A DNA stretch of 64,000 nucleotides from an uncultured Acidobacteriota bacterium (lineage in GTDB: Bacteria; Acidobacteriota; Thermoanaerobaculia; Gp7-AA8): contig CAVUKB010000007.1 of assembly GCA_963741955.1 (NCBI GenBank), positions 928,001 to 992,000 on the forward strand. Direction: 5' to 3'. The notes below the pieces were generated by a model. The model had not been told where the DNA came from and did no database searches. It saw only the letters and a list, made by a program, of their open reading frames with translations. The position numbers were made by a program, and so were the translations under genes. Positions 29,632 through 40,061 of the stretch are shown here, piece after piece (the first letter of the stretch is position 1; the number at the start of each line of letters is the position of its first letter).

Positions 29632-31222
29632 GAGTCTGCGCGATAGGACGTAAGTTCGGCGCTTCCTGATGATCTCGGGTGACGTCCGCTCGCGAGCGGC
29701 AGAACCGGGCCATCGAAGCGCCTTGGGGTTGATGGAGCCGTTCTCGGGGAGGTGGCAGCGCGAAACACTTGCTCGGCGGGACTTTTCGGGGTTGGATACT
29801 GCTCTGCCGGGGCTATTCGACCGCAACCAGAGCGCTCATTCGCTTCAGATTGATCACCAGGCACACCAGAGCCCATTCGCCGGCAACTTTGCGCGTCCCG
29901 CGGAGACTGAATCGTCGAAAGCCGAGAACGTTTTTGACCCAGCCAAACACCGGCTCAACGATCGCCTTTCGCCGGCGATAGACCGCCTTGCCTGCAGGTG
30001 AGTCCAACTTCTGCTTCATCCGCAGAGTAGCGGGGAGCGTCGTCTCAGCTGCGGTTTCTTTGCCTTCTCGTCCGAGAGAAACATACGCATCGATCTTCTT
30101 CTCCTCCAACTCGATGAACGAGCTTTCCGACTTGTAACCGGTGTCGGCAACAACCTGGTCGGGGCTTGTTTCGCAATTCTGTTCGACCACCTCGACCAAA
30201 GGCACGAGTGATCCGCTGTCCGCCGCAGATTGTGTGATCTCGAATCCGACGATGAGTTGGTTATCGGCATCGACTGCGATCTGCGCGTTGTAGCACTGCT
30301 GAAATCCTTCCTGGGACTTCATGATTCGGCTCTCGGAATCGGTGAAGTTCTCTTGCGCTTTGTCCTCAGGTACGCCGAACTTCCGTTTGAATGGCTTACC
30401 CTTCTTCCTGGCCGGATCATCGTCGCCTTCGGAGCGACCAGCCTTCGTGTCCAGTTCCCGCTGTCGCTGTTCGAGTCGCTCTCGTGCATCTCTGATCTTT
30501 CGGATGCGTGTTTCCCGGCGCTGGAGCTCTTCGGGCAACTCATCCCCGCGTCGATCAACCCCGTACTCGGCATCCTCCCGGGCATCCTCTTCCGCCGCTG
30601 TGGCCAAAATCTCCGCGATCTCCTTCTCGAGCTTCGCTTCTTCCTTCTTCATCCGATCGTAGCTCATCGCCTTGTGCTTGCTGGCATTCGCTCGCACCTT
30701 CGACCCGTCGATTGCGATCCTCCCGAGCGTAACTAACCCTGCCTCCTGAGCGGTCCGAATGATCTGGACCAGCAATGAGCTGAATGCGTCCACGTTTTCA
30801 AGCCGAAAGTCGCAGATGGTCCGATGCGATGGAAAGTTCCCGGCTGCAAGATACCGGACGGCGATATCTTCATCGATCCGCCGGGCAATCTTGCGCGAGG
30901 AGAACGTTCCCGTCAGGTACGAATAGGTGATCAACTTGAGCATCATCCTCGGCTCGTAGGGCTGCTTCCGCCTGCCGTCGCCCTTGTACCGCTCGTAGAA
31001 TGCACTCAGATCAAGCTGATCGATCATGTCGGAAACGAAGTGCGCCAAGTGACCCTCAGGGAGCCACTCGTATGGCGAGGGCGGAAGCAGCAGCGACTGC
31101 TCCGGTCGGTATGGCCTATACGTGGTCGGCATGACCTAATCTTAACATATTATCGTTACTACTAACCATTCACCTTTTATCATGCCGATTTGCCGCGAAC
31201 CGGGTTTCTACCGCGCAGACTC
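29632..31222 (-). mobile_element. IS1182-family insertion sequence
   Basis: TIRs GAGTCTGCGCG.TAG, CTAG target duplication at 29628-29631 and 31223-31226. Confidence 0.9.
29813..31132 (-). CDS. IS1182-family DDE transposase
   Basis: WLPEGHLA, SSRKIA, IDGSKVRANAS, NFTD.ESRIM, YNAQ, ADTGY, YRRRK..VEPVFG. Confidence 0.93.
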   Translation of the reverse strand: MPTTYRPYRPEQSLLLPPSPYEWLPEGHLAHFVSDMIDQLDLSAFYERYKGDGRRKQPYEPRMMLKLITYSYLTGTFSSRKIARRIDEDIAVRYLAAGNFPSHRTICDFRLENVDAFSSLLVQIIRTAQEAGLVTLGRIAIDGSKVRANASKHKAMSYDRMKKEEAKLEKEIAEILATAAEEDAREDAEYGVDRRGDELPEELQRRETRIRKIRDARERLEQRQRELDTKAGRSEGDDDPARKKGKPFKRKFGVPEDKAQENFTDSESRIMKSQEGFQQCYNAQIAVDADNQLIVGFEITQSAADSGSLVPLVEVVEQNCETSPDQVVADTGYKSESSFIELEEKKIDAYVSLGREGKETAAETTLPATLRMKQKLDSPAGKAVYRRRKAIVEPVFGWVKNVLGFRRFSLRGTRKVAGEWALVCLVINLKRMSALVAVE

Positions 31223-31381
31223 CTAGCCCCCTTCTGCCCGCCTTCGGAGTAACGTGCTCCGACGGCGAGCGCGGAGGCGGCGTCGAGCTGGCGGATCTCG
31301 TCCGGGGATCGTCGAAGTGGTGAAGAAGGTCGCGAGGCCGAGGGGGGAGACCTCGAGGCCTCCGAGTGTTCGCTTCTGCAT
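31223..31381 (-). pseudogene. Internally deleted aldo/keto reductase remnant
   Basis: RBS plus MQKRTLGGLEVSPLGL (AKR N-terminus) joined out of frame to PDEIRQLDAA...GARYSE (AKR C-terminus). Confidence 0.6.
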
Positions 31382-31613
31382 GGATTCTCCTTTCGTCGCG
31401 CCGCGTCGCCAATTCCGGCGATCGGTATCGTATCAATGCGGGGATGCGAGCGCGCGTCGCATCGGAGGCGGCGGGATTTTTCCGCGACCCCTCCGTGGTC
31501 GAAATGGTGCTCGGGGCCAGGCTCCGGGGGTGGGCGCTTCGCGCCGACGCCCGGCTACCATACCTGACCCCTCCGGGGTCAGGTATCCAGAAGCTCGGCC
31601 ACGGGGATGTGCT

Positions 31614-33068
31614 TCACACTGTGAGGACGCTGATGGTCGGAATGCTCCGCTCGGGCAGCGGGTGGAACCCGGAGACGCGCAGCACCGCATCTCCATCCGA
31701 CGCCAGCTCGTGCTCCGCGACCAGACGCCGCGCGAGCTCATGCGGCTGATCCAGATCGTTCTCGCTCACCAGCACCGGGACCACGCCCCACAGAAGGTTC
31801 ATCACCCGGCACGCAGCGGGGCTCGCCGAGACGGCGAGGACGGGAGCGGCGGGACGCGCCGCGGAGACCATCCGCGCACTCGTTCCTCCCTGGGTGATCA
31901 CGAAGATCGCGCGCACCAGGAGATCGCGCGAGAGTTGCGCGGTCGCCCGAGCGATCGCGTCGCGCAGCGGAATGGGCGCGTGCGCCGGGGCATGATCGCC
32001 GATCGTTCCGAAGGCTCCTTCGCGCCACAGCCACCCCTCGGTCTCTCGCGCCACGCGGTCCATCGTCTCCACCGCCTTGACCGGGAACGCTCCCGAGGCC
32101 GTCTCGGCCGAGAGCATCACCGCGTCGGCGCCGTGCATCACCGCAGTCGAGACGTCCGAGACCTCTGCCCGCGTCGGACGCGCATTCGTCACCATCGACT
32201 CGAGCATCTGCGTCGCCACGATCACCGGACGCGCCTTCTCCCGTGCGAGATCGATCAGCTGCCCCTGGACGATCGGCACGGTCTCGGCCGGGAGCTCGAC
32301 GCCGAGGTCTCCGCGCGCGACCATGAGAGCGTCGGAAGCGTCGGTGATCGCGTCGATCTCCCGGAGCGCTTCCGGCTTCTCGATCTTGGAGATGATCGGT
32401 ACCGCGCGACCACTCGCGTTCACCAGCTCGCGCAGCTCGTCGACGTCGCTGCGGCGGCGGACGAACGAGAGGGCGAGAAGGTCGACCCCGAGCGCGATCG
32501 CGAACTCCGCGTCGTCGCGGTCTTTCGGGGTGAACGAGGCGGCGGAGACGGCGACGTCGGGGAGGTTCATCCCCTTGCGATTCTTCAGCGTCCCTCCCTG
32601 AATGACGTCGCACGCGATCTCGGTCCCCTCGATGGACGCCACCACGAGCTCGAGATTGCCGTCGTCGAGGAGGATGTGGTTGCCGGGAGAGACGTCGCGG
32701 GCGAGCGGCTCGTACTGCGAGGGGATGAGCCCCTGGTCGCCGGGAACGTCCCGCGTGGTGACGACGACGCGCGAACCGGAGGCGAGCTCGATCGATCCTT
32801 CCTTGAATGTACCGCAGCGGATCTTCGGACCGCAGAGGTCGGCGAAGACTGCGATCGGTCGGCGAAGGCGTTCGGCGGCCTCGCGAACGATTCGGTAGGC
32901 GAGGGTGTGGGAGTCGTGGTCGCCGTGGGACATGTTGAGGCGGAAGACGTCCGCGCCGGCGAGGATGAGACGCTCGACGACGCCGGGGTCGCACGATGCC
33001 GGCCCGATGGTCGCGACGATCTTCGTGCGGCGCTTCTTCAGCCCCTGACGGGTGAGCTCGACCGGCAT
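31614..33068 (-). CDS. pyk: Pyruvate kinase
   Basis: RRTKIVATIGP, RLNMSHG, DLCGPKIR, KIEK, MVARGDLGVE, ATQMLESM, PTRAEVSDV. Confidence 0.97.
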   Translation of the reverse strand: MPVELTRQGLKKRRTKIVATIGPASCDPGVVERLILAGADVFRLNMSHGDHDSHTLAYRIVREAAERLRRPIAVFADLCGPKIRCGTFKEGSIELASGSRVVVTTRDVPGDQGLIPSQYEPLARDVSPGNHILLDDGNLELVVASIEGTEIACDVIQGGTLKNRKGMNLPDVAVSAASFTPKDRDDAEFAIALGVDLLALSFVRRRSDVDELRELVNASGRAVPIISKIEKPEALREIDAITDASDALMVARGDLGVELPAETVPIVQGQLIDLAREKARPVIVATQMLESMVTNARPTRAEVSDVSTAVMHGADAVMLSAETASGAFPVKAVETMDRVARETEGWLWREGAFGTIGDHAPAHAPIPLRDAIARATAQLSRDLLVRAIFVITQGGTSARMVSAARPAAPVLAVSASPAACRVMNLLWGVVPVLVSENDLDQPHELARRLVAEHELASDGDAVLRVSGFHPLPERSIPTISVLTV

Positions 33069-33622
33069 CGCGGTACTCCTCTCGGCACTCTGTTGTGCGC
33101 CAAGAGTAGCAAAACGGTGGTTCGACCGTCCCGGTCGCATCGCCGGCGGGGATTTCCCGATGGGGTGCGGATCCTCCGATCCGCCGCGCGGAATGAGTTT
33201 CGGAGCGGGTCGAGAGGAGGTCGGTGGCAGAAGAGATACGGCTGGCGGCGCGACGCTCCGCGCTCAGCCGCAGTCTCCGTCTTGCACGCGTCGACACGAT
33301 CTTCGCGGCGGATCAGAGGATCCGCACCCCTCGGGTGCGGCCGCGTCCTCGCCGAGGAGTGGCATTCGGAGAGTCGATCGCGCCGTGCCGACAGCTCGGT
33401 CGCGATCGATGCTCCCGAAGTTCGCTGAGCCGTGCGCGCACCAGAAATTTCCGTCCGGGAGGCGCTACGGACATCAGCGACGGATGAACGCGCTTCGCGC
33501 CAGAGTTCACGCTTGCGCTCCGCGCGCCTCGTCCATACGCGGCGTCATCCGCCGTAACCGTACAGGGTCACGACGACGTCTCGGGCGAGAGCGTCAGGGC
33601 GCGGGCTTCGATCGGTCGCGGT

Positions 33623-34453
33623 CTACTGCTTCACCAGCTCCACGCGCCGGTTCATCGCCCGCCCTTCATCCGTCCCATTCGAGCCGACCGGCGCGAACGG
33701 GCCGTTGCCGAACCCGCGTAGACGCGCCGGCGCGACTCCCGCGGTGACCAGCGCCCGGATCACGGAGTCGGCGCGATCCTGCGAGAGCTTCAGATTCGAG
33801 TCGACGCTGCCGACCGTGTCGGTGTGGCCGACCACGAAGACTTTCAGTCCCGGATCGCCCTTCAGCAGTTTTGCGATCTCTCCCACCGCGTTCGCCGACT
33901 CGGGCTTCAACTCGGCTTTGCCGGTATCGAAGTAGATTCCATTCACCGCGGTGTGCCCGGTCGTCTTCAGGTCGTTTGCGAGAGCCGCGGCGTCCGCGAC
34001 GATGACCTGCTCCATCGCCTTAGGCCTGACGATCCGGATCCAGATCTTTCCGTTCCCCTTCTCGGCCTGGGCCCAGATCTCGCGTCCGTCGGCCGTGATG
34101 GTGCCGTTCACCCACCAGGTCGGGTTCACCCCCTGGATCTTCGCTCCGATCTTCCGGAGCGCGTTCTCGTAATTGCGCACCACTTCGAGTGCGGTGCGCT
34201 CGTCCTCGCGCCGGTCGACGGTGTACGTGATGAACGTCAGTTCCCCTTCCACCCTCCGTTTCGGAGGCTTGACGGTAAAGAAGTCGTAGGAGTCGAACGC
34301 CTTCTTCTCGCACTTTTCGATTCGGTAGTTCGGCATGCGGGTGGGGAACAGCGCATCGTCTTTGCAGCCTTTCGCATCGCCGGTCTGCGCGGCGGCCGGA
34401 AGGGCCAGCACCAATGCGGCCAGAATGAGCAGACACTTCTTTCCCGGTTTCAT
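33623..34453 (-). CDS. Secreted OmpA C-terminal domain protein
   Basis: Signal peptide; IYFDTGK, VVGHTD, LSQDRA, NRRVEL. Confidence 0.9.
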   Translation of the reverse strand: MKPGKKCLLILAALVLALPAAAQTGDAKGCKDDALFPTRMPNYRIEKCEKKAFDSYDFFTVKPPKRRVEGELTFITYTVDRREDERTALEVVRNYENALRKIGAKIQGVNPTWWVNGTITADGREIWAQAEKGNGKIWIRIVRPKAMEQVIVADAAALANDLKTTGHTAVNGIYFDTGKAELKPESANAVGEIAKLLKGDPGLKVFVVGHTDTVGSVDSNLKLSQDRADSVIRALVTAGVAPARLRGFGNGPFAPVGSNGTDEGRAMNRRVELVKQ

Positions 34454-34900
34454 CACGCACCTTCTCCTCTCGACGGGTTCGTCGAAGCGGCGCCGCCCGG
34501 GAACGCGACACCATGGCAAATCAACTGCTCATTGTAAGTCCGCACGCGCTTCGGGGGCTGGAGTTGGAGGCGAACGTCGCGGATCGTGTGGTGGGAGGCA
34601 CGCGGGGCGGGGCTACGGTTTCCGCCGCGGTGTGATTTGCGAGGAGGTTCGGGTTGATGGCGAAAGAGGGCTTCGCTTCTTCCGGGAGTGGGGGCGATGC
34701 GAAGGATGCGCATGAGCCGTGGTCGGCGCGGCGGATTACAAATCCGCACTCCGCGGTAGTTGGCAACCGACAAGTGCGAATTCCTCGGCGGTGGTGACCT
34801 TATTGAGCAATTCAAGCAATTGCTTGACGATGGTCGATTGAACTGCACGGCTACCGCTCGTCGACGAGCCCGAGGTACGATAGATTCCTGGAGGTTGATG

Positions 34901-35158
34901 ATGTCCGGTGAGATGCTCGACACCTCTCCCGATGCGAGGTGCGTCTATTTCGAAAGGCTTGCGGAAATGACCCCTTCGGAGCGGCTCGCCTTGATGAGAT
35001 CGGGCAATCGGATGATTCGCGGAATCGTCGAAGCGGCAATTCGAAGCGAGCACCCGGATATCTCGGAGGAAGAACTGCGAACCCGCGTCGCAGTGCGATT
35101 CTACGGGCGGGAAACCGTTGCGCGGGTGCTTGGAGACCTGCCGGCGGACGCCAGGTGA
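34901..35158 (+). CDS. Small partner protein (DTSP...MTPSERL type), putative antitoxin
   Basis: RBS GGAGG; GTGA overlap with the downstream NTase gene. Confidence 0.7.
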   Translation: MSGEMLDTSPDARCVYFERLAEMTPSERLALMRSGNRMIRGIVEAAIRSEHPDISEEELRTRVAVRFYGRETVARVLGDLPADAR

Positions 35159-35736
35159 GCTCGGCGGACGATGCCACGGCCGTTGCCGTACGTGTCGCAC
35201 GCTCTCTCGAGCGGGCAGGAATCGAATACGCGGTGGGTGGTAGCGTAGCAGCGAGCGCTCACGGCGAGCCGCGCGCCACACGCGATCTCGATTTTGCCAT
35301 TCGTCTCACTCCCCAGCTGATTCCGGCCTTCTTGAATGCCCTCGGTCCGGATTTCTCGGCAGACGAGGCCTCTTTCCGGCAGGCGATCCGAACCGGACGT
35401 GCGGTGAACGTTTTCTACCTCCCATTTTTCACGAAGATCGACTTCTTTGTTCGAGGTGACGCCGACTACGATCGTGCCGAGTTCTCGAGACGGATCCAGA
35501 TCGAAATCGCGCCGGGCGAGCAGATATTCGCCTCGAGCGCCGAGGACAACCTCCTCTGGAAATTGCGCTGGTACCGCATGGGGAACGAAGTTTCCGAGCA
35601 GCAATGGCGCGACGTCCTCGGTCTGATTCGTGTCAGTGGCGCGAGGATGGACGAGGAGTATCTCCGCCGATGGGCGATCCGGCACGGCATCGGCGATCTG
35701 CTGGAGCGGGCGTTGCGCCAGTCAGAGTCCCCGTAG
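35155..35736 (+). CDS. Nucleotidyltransferase-fold protein, putative toxin-antitoxin component
   Basis: YAVGGSVA...HGEPRATRDLD, ED..L.KL.WY..G..VSE.QWRD. Confidence 0.8.
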   Translation: MSSADDATAVAVRVARSLERAGIEYAVGGSVAASAHGEPRATRDLDFAIRLTPQLIPAFLNALGPDFSADEASFRQAIRTGRAVNVFYLPFFTKIDFFVRGDADYDRAEFSRRIQIEIAPGEQIFASSAEDNLLWKLRWYRMGNEVSEQQWRDVLGLIRVSGARMDEEYLRRWAIRHGIGDLLERALRQSESP

Positions 35737-35835
35737 GCTGCAGATTGGCGCCTTCCCTGGGAATATCACGTTCGTGGTGTGCGGCACGATTCGCCTGGAC
35801 CCAGTTCGGCATGTTGCGAGGCTTATCATGGGTCT

Positions 35836-37530
35836 ATGCCGCGAGCAACTCCGTTTCGTCTCGCGCGGCTCGTCTGCCTTGCCGTGCCGTTTCTTCTCAT
35901 TTTCCTCGTCGGATGCGCGTCAACGTCCACGGCTCCCCCGGAGCCCCCGGCGGTTGCGGATCTGGTGATCACGAACGCGAACGTCTTCACCGGCGACCCC
36001 GCGCGGCCTCATGCGCAGGCGGTCGCGATTCGAGACGCGAAGATCGTCGCGGTCGGTGATGACGCGGCGGTCGATCCGTTCGTCGTAGCATCGACGGAAG
36101 TGCTCGACGCTGGCGGTCGCCTGATGATTCCCGGTCTGAACGACGCGCACGTGCATTTCGGCGCGCGACCGGGCGGCTTCCGGCTCGAGCTCCCGTCGCC
36201 CGAGCCGACTCTCGACGAGGTGGTCGCCGCGCTGCGTCGCGTGGTCGCAACTGTGCCGCCCGGCGGATGGATCTACGGAGAGATCGGCGAGCGCGTGCTT
36301 GGCGACCCGGAGGCCACGCGCGATCTCTTCGACTCGATCGTGGGCGATCGGCCGCTGTTCCTGGAGGCCTACACCGGTCACGGCATTCTTCTCGACAGCG
36401 CATCACTGCGCGCACTCGGAATCGCGGAGGACGAGACCGACCCGATGGGAGGGACCTACGATCGCGACGCGAACGGCCGGCTGACCGGGAAGCTCGAGGA
36501 GTACGCGTGCTACGTCGCGAACCAACGGCTCACCGCGCTCGCGACGGACGCCGAGCGGCGCGACGCGCTCGCCGATCTCGCAAATCGTGCCGTTCGATAC
36601 GGCCTCACCACGCTGCAGGTGATGCCGTGGCTCCCGCTCGACGAATTCGTTTCTCTCGACACCCGCGCCGCGGTTCCGCTCCGGACCCGGGTGATGCAGC
36701 TCGCGACGACCACGCCGCAGCGCTGGAACACGGTGGACTACGCCCGCCGGCCCGCGTCGTTGCCGCCCCTTCTGACCGTGTCGGGAACGAAATGGATCCT
36801 CGATGGAACGCCGGTCGAGCGCGGCGCGGCGATGCGTCGTCCGTACGCTGACGAACCTTCAACGACCGGACGGCTCAACTTCGCGCCGGAGACTCTTCGC
36901 GAGATGCTCCGCGAGATCGGCGCGCGGCGCGATCAGCCGCTCGTCCATGCGGTCGGCGATCGGGCGATCGACACCTACCTCGACGCGCTGGAGGCGACCG
37001 GTGGTCCGGAGCTCTGGCGCCCACTGCGACCGCGCATCGAGCATGGCGACTTCCTCATTCATCCCGAACAGCTCGACGCCGTGCGTGCCCTCGGCGCGAT
37101 CGTCGTCCAGAATCCCTCGCACTTCATGGGCGACTTTCTCGCGCCGCGCTATGGCGCAGAGCTCGCGCACGCGGCGCAGCCGATGCGCACGCTGCTGCGG
37201 GATGAAATCCCTCTCGCGCTCGGATCGGACGGGCCTCTCAATCCTTTCCTGAACATCATGTTCGCCACGATGCACCCGGCGAATCCCGAAGAAGCGCTGA
37301 CGCGAGAGGAAGCGGTCGTCGCGTATACGCGGGGATCGGCGCGCGCTGAGCTCCGGGAGAACGAGCTCGGGACGATCGCTCCCGGGATGCTCGCGGATCT
37401 CGCCGTTCTCTCCCAGGACATCTTCGCGGTTCCTCCGCAGCGGCTCCCGGCGACCGAGAGCGTTCTGACGATCGTCGACGGGCGGATCGTCTGGGAGGCG
37501 GCGGGGACGGTCACGCGCCGGCAGCGATGA
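35836..37530 (+). CDS. YtcJ-like amidohydrolase lipoprotein
   Basis: Lipobox LVGC, PGLNDAHVH, K.ILDG, HAVGD, RIEH, GSD, G..ADL. Confidence 0.9.
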   Translation: MPRATPFRLARLVCLAVPFLLIFLVGCASTSTAPPEPPAVADLVITNANVFTGDPARPHAQAVAIRDAKIVAVGDDAAVDPFVVASTEVLDAGGRLMIPGLNDAHVHFGARPGGFRLELPSPEPTLDEVVAALRRVVATVPPGGWIYGEIGERVLGDPEATRDLFDSIVGDRPLFLEAYTGHGILLDSASLRALGIAEDETDPMGGTYDRDANGRLTGKLEEYACYVANQRLTALATDAERRDALADLANRAVRYGLTTLQVMPWLPLDEFVSLDTRAAVPLRTRVMQLATTTPQRWNTVDYARRPASLPPLLTVSGTKWILDGTPVERGAAMRRPYADEPSTTGRLNFAPETLREMLREIGARRDQPLVHAVGDRAIDTYLDALEATGGPELWRPLRPRIEHGDFLIHPEQLDAVRALGAIVVQNPSHFMGDFLAPRYGAELAHAAQPMRTLLRDEIPLALGSDGPLNPFLNIMFATMHPANPEEALTREEAVVAYTRGSARAELRENELGTIAPGMLADLAVLSQDIFAVPPQRLPATESVLTIVDGRIVWEAAGTVTRRQR

Positions 37531-38113
37531 GCGGAGCACGTCCCGCTCAGTTACCCGCGAGTGGGCCTGCACGGACCAGACGTCTCCATTGTTCAAAGCC
37601 ATCACAGAAGGCTTCGCTTCTGCCGGGATCGCGGGTGATGCGGCAGCCGCGCATGCGCCGCGCTTCGTCGCGGCGGATTGCGAATCCGCACCCCACGCGT
37701 CGAACGTGATCCCGCCGAGGAGTGCGGATCCCGCTCGGCGGGATCCGCGGCGAGAATCGTGTTGTACGCGACGAAGAGGGGAGTTGTGGTTTTCGCGAAG
37801 CGTCGGAGATTTCGGCGAGCCCGCTCCGCTTCTGCCACATGGCGAGGGGCGGCACGGCTTCCGCCGTGCCGGCCGCGGCGGAAGCCGCGGCGGCCCTCGG
37901 CGCGCGAAGGGCGCGTCTTCCTTGGAGTGTGTACGCGACGCGTCGGTGATTTCGGCGAGCCCGCTCCGCTGCTGCCGGGATCGCGGTGATGCGGCAGCCG
38001 CGCACGCGCCGCGATTCGCGCGGCGGATTGCGAATCCGCACTCCTCGGTCGTCTACGGACTGCTGAGGTCGCGGTTTCACGATTCTTGCATTCTCCGCGA
38101 TAGAATGCGCGGG

Positions 38114-38560
38114 ATGACAGTGACGCACGGCAGCACCGTCCTGCGCCGGCGTTTCGTGCGGGTGATCACGCGCCGCGCCGGTTCTTCGACCGGCACGACT
38201 TCCGTGGTTGCAGCGGCACGTCTCGCCCACGAGGAACTGATCGCCGCCCTCAGCCCGCTCATCGGTGGGGTCGCGGTCGAGGCGCTGTGGGAACGGGCAT
38301 TCGTGCTGGTCCAGAGGGAGTATCCAGCCGAGGAGCGGAGAGGCGAGAACCATACGCCGGATGAACCCTTTGCCCGGGTCACTCTCTGGCTGGAGAGGCA
38401 GGACGAAACCATCGCGACTGACGCTGCGGCTGCGATCTTCGCGACGTTTGCGGAATTGCTCGCCGCACTGATCGGGGAACCACTCACGACGCGCTACCTG
38501 AAAAAGGCGTATGGCGGCGTGTTTTCCATCAACGGGCCGCCAGGGAGGAAGAACAGATGA
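38114..38560 (+). CDS. Hypothetical helical protein upstream of the KaiC-like ATPase
   Basis: LSPLIGG...AL.ERA, LL..LIGEPLT; ATGA overlap with the next gene; start uncertain. Confidence 0.65.
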   Translation: MTVTHGSTVLRRRFVRVITRRAGSSTGTTSVVAAARLAHEELIAALSPLIGGVAVEALWERAFVLVQREYPAEERRGENHTPDEPFARVTLWLERQDETIATDAAAAIFATFAELLAALIGEPLTTRYLKKAYGGVFSINGPPGRKNR

Positions 38561-40059
38561 CGGACAAAGTCCCGATCCGGCAGCTCCGGACCACTGTGCC
38601 GGGGCTCGACGAGATAGTGGGCGGAGGCCTGCCGGAGTTCTCCTTCAATCTCATCGTCGGTCCGCCCGGCTCGGGCAAGACCACCCTCGCGCACCAGATC
38701 ATGTTCGGGCTCGCCACACCGGAGCGTCGAGCCGTGTATTTCACGGCCACGGGCGAACCTTCGCTGAAGATGCTGCGTTACCAGCAGCAGTATGACTTCT
38801 TCGATCTGGATCGCGTCGACAAATCGATCCGTTTCATCAGCGTCCAGCAGGACATCGTGAACGGAACGCTGGATCAGCTCTTCCAGAGAATCGTCGGGGA
38901 GGTCGAGACGACCGGCCCCGGACTGGTGTTCGTCGATTCCTTTCGCACGATCATGCAGATGTCCGAGAGATCGCAGAACGGAGAGCTGACCGGGGCGCAG
39001 AGCGTCGTGCAGCAACTTGCGATCCGGATGGCCGGATGGCAGGCCACGACGTTTCTCATCAGCGAACATCACACGGAAGCAGAACACGATCCGGCCTTCA
39101 CGGTGGCGGACGGGCTGTTGTGGTTGCACCAGAGTCTGGACCGCAATTCGATGGTCCGGAAAATCGAGGTGAAGAAAATGCGCGGGCAGGCGCCTGTCCC
39201 CGGCCTGCACACGTTCCGGATCACGAGCGAAGGCATCAACGTATTCCCGCGCGTCATCGTCGGTCCTCCCGACGCGCGAGGGCACGAGTCGCGCAAGCGT
39301 CTCGCGTTCGACATCGATCAGTTGGACGAGATGCTCGGCGGCGGCATTCCCGAGGGGTACTCCGTGCTGGTCGCCGGTCCTTCCGGTTCGGGTAAGAGCG
39401 TTCTGGCGACGGAGTTCATCATGGCCGGGATTCGCAACGACGAGCCCGGCGTCCTCGCCGTTTTCGAGAAACGTCCCTACGAGTATTCGCAGACGCCCCC
39501 GGGGGGTCGCGCGTTCGGACAGATGGTTCGGCAGGGGAAAGTCGGGATCATTCATTCGCGCCCGCTCGATCTCTCCATCGACGAGGCCCTGTACGAGATC
39601 GTCGAGCAGATTCAGCGCCTCAAAGCCCGCCGGCTGGTCGTCGATTCGCTTTCCGGGTTCGAGCTGGCTCTCGCGCCGACGTTTCGGGAGGAGTTTCGCG
39701 AATCGCTGTACCGCATGGTCGCCGTATTGACGGGGATGGGCGTGACGCTGATGATGACCGCCGAGCTGGAGGACAGTTACACCGACCTTCGCTTCAGCCC
39801 GCACGGTACGGCGTTCCTCACGGACGTCATCATCATGCAGCGCTACATCGAGCTGAAGGGTTGCCTGGAGCGGGTGATGTCGGTGGTGAAGGTGAGAGGC
39901 AGCGGACACAGCAAAGAGATCCGAGCTTTCGAGATCAACAGGACCGGCATTGTGATGGGCGAGCCTCTGACGGACTACGATGGTCTCCTCACGGGTCATC
40001 CCGCCGAGAAGGCGATTGCTGCTCCTCCGGGAAAGAAATCGCGAACGCGAAGGAGGTGA
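38557..40059 (+). CDS. KaiC-like double-domain RecA-family ATPase
   Basis: Two domains: GPPGSGKT / GPSGSGKS, VDS, KMRG / KVRG. Confidence 0.9.
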   Translation: MTDKVPIRQLRTTVPGLDEIVGGGLPEFSFNLIVGPPGSGKTTLAHQIMFGLATPERRAVYFTATGEPSLKMLRYQQQYDFFDLDRVDKSIRFISVQQDIVNGTLDQLFQRIVGEVETTGPGLVFVDSFRTIMQMSERSQNGELTGAQSVVQQLAIRMAGWQATTFLISEHHTEAEHDPAFTVADGLLWLHQSLDRNSMVRKIEVKKMRGQAPVPGLHTFRITSEGINVFPRVIVGPPDARGHESRKRLAFDIDQLDEMLGGGIPEGYSVLVAGPSGSGKSVLATEFIMAGIRNDEPGVLAVFEKRPYEYSQTPPGGRAFGQMVRQGKVGIIHSRPLDLSIDEALYEIVEQIQRLKARRLVVDSLSGFELALAPTFREEFRESLYRMVAVLTGMGVTLMMTAELEDSYTDLRFSPHGTAFLTDVIIMQRYIELKGCLERVMSVVKVRGSGHSKEIRAFEINRTGIVMGEPLTDYDGLLTGHPAEKAIAAPPGKKSRTRRR

Positions 40060-40061
40060 CG

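Noticed and set aside
38557-40059. Circadian clock kaiC
   Set aside because: No kaiA or kaiB nearby and no recognisable KaiC phosphorylation-site motif.
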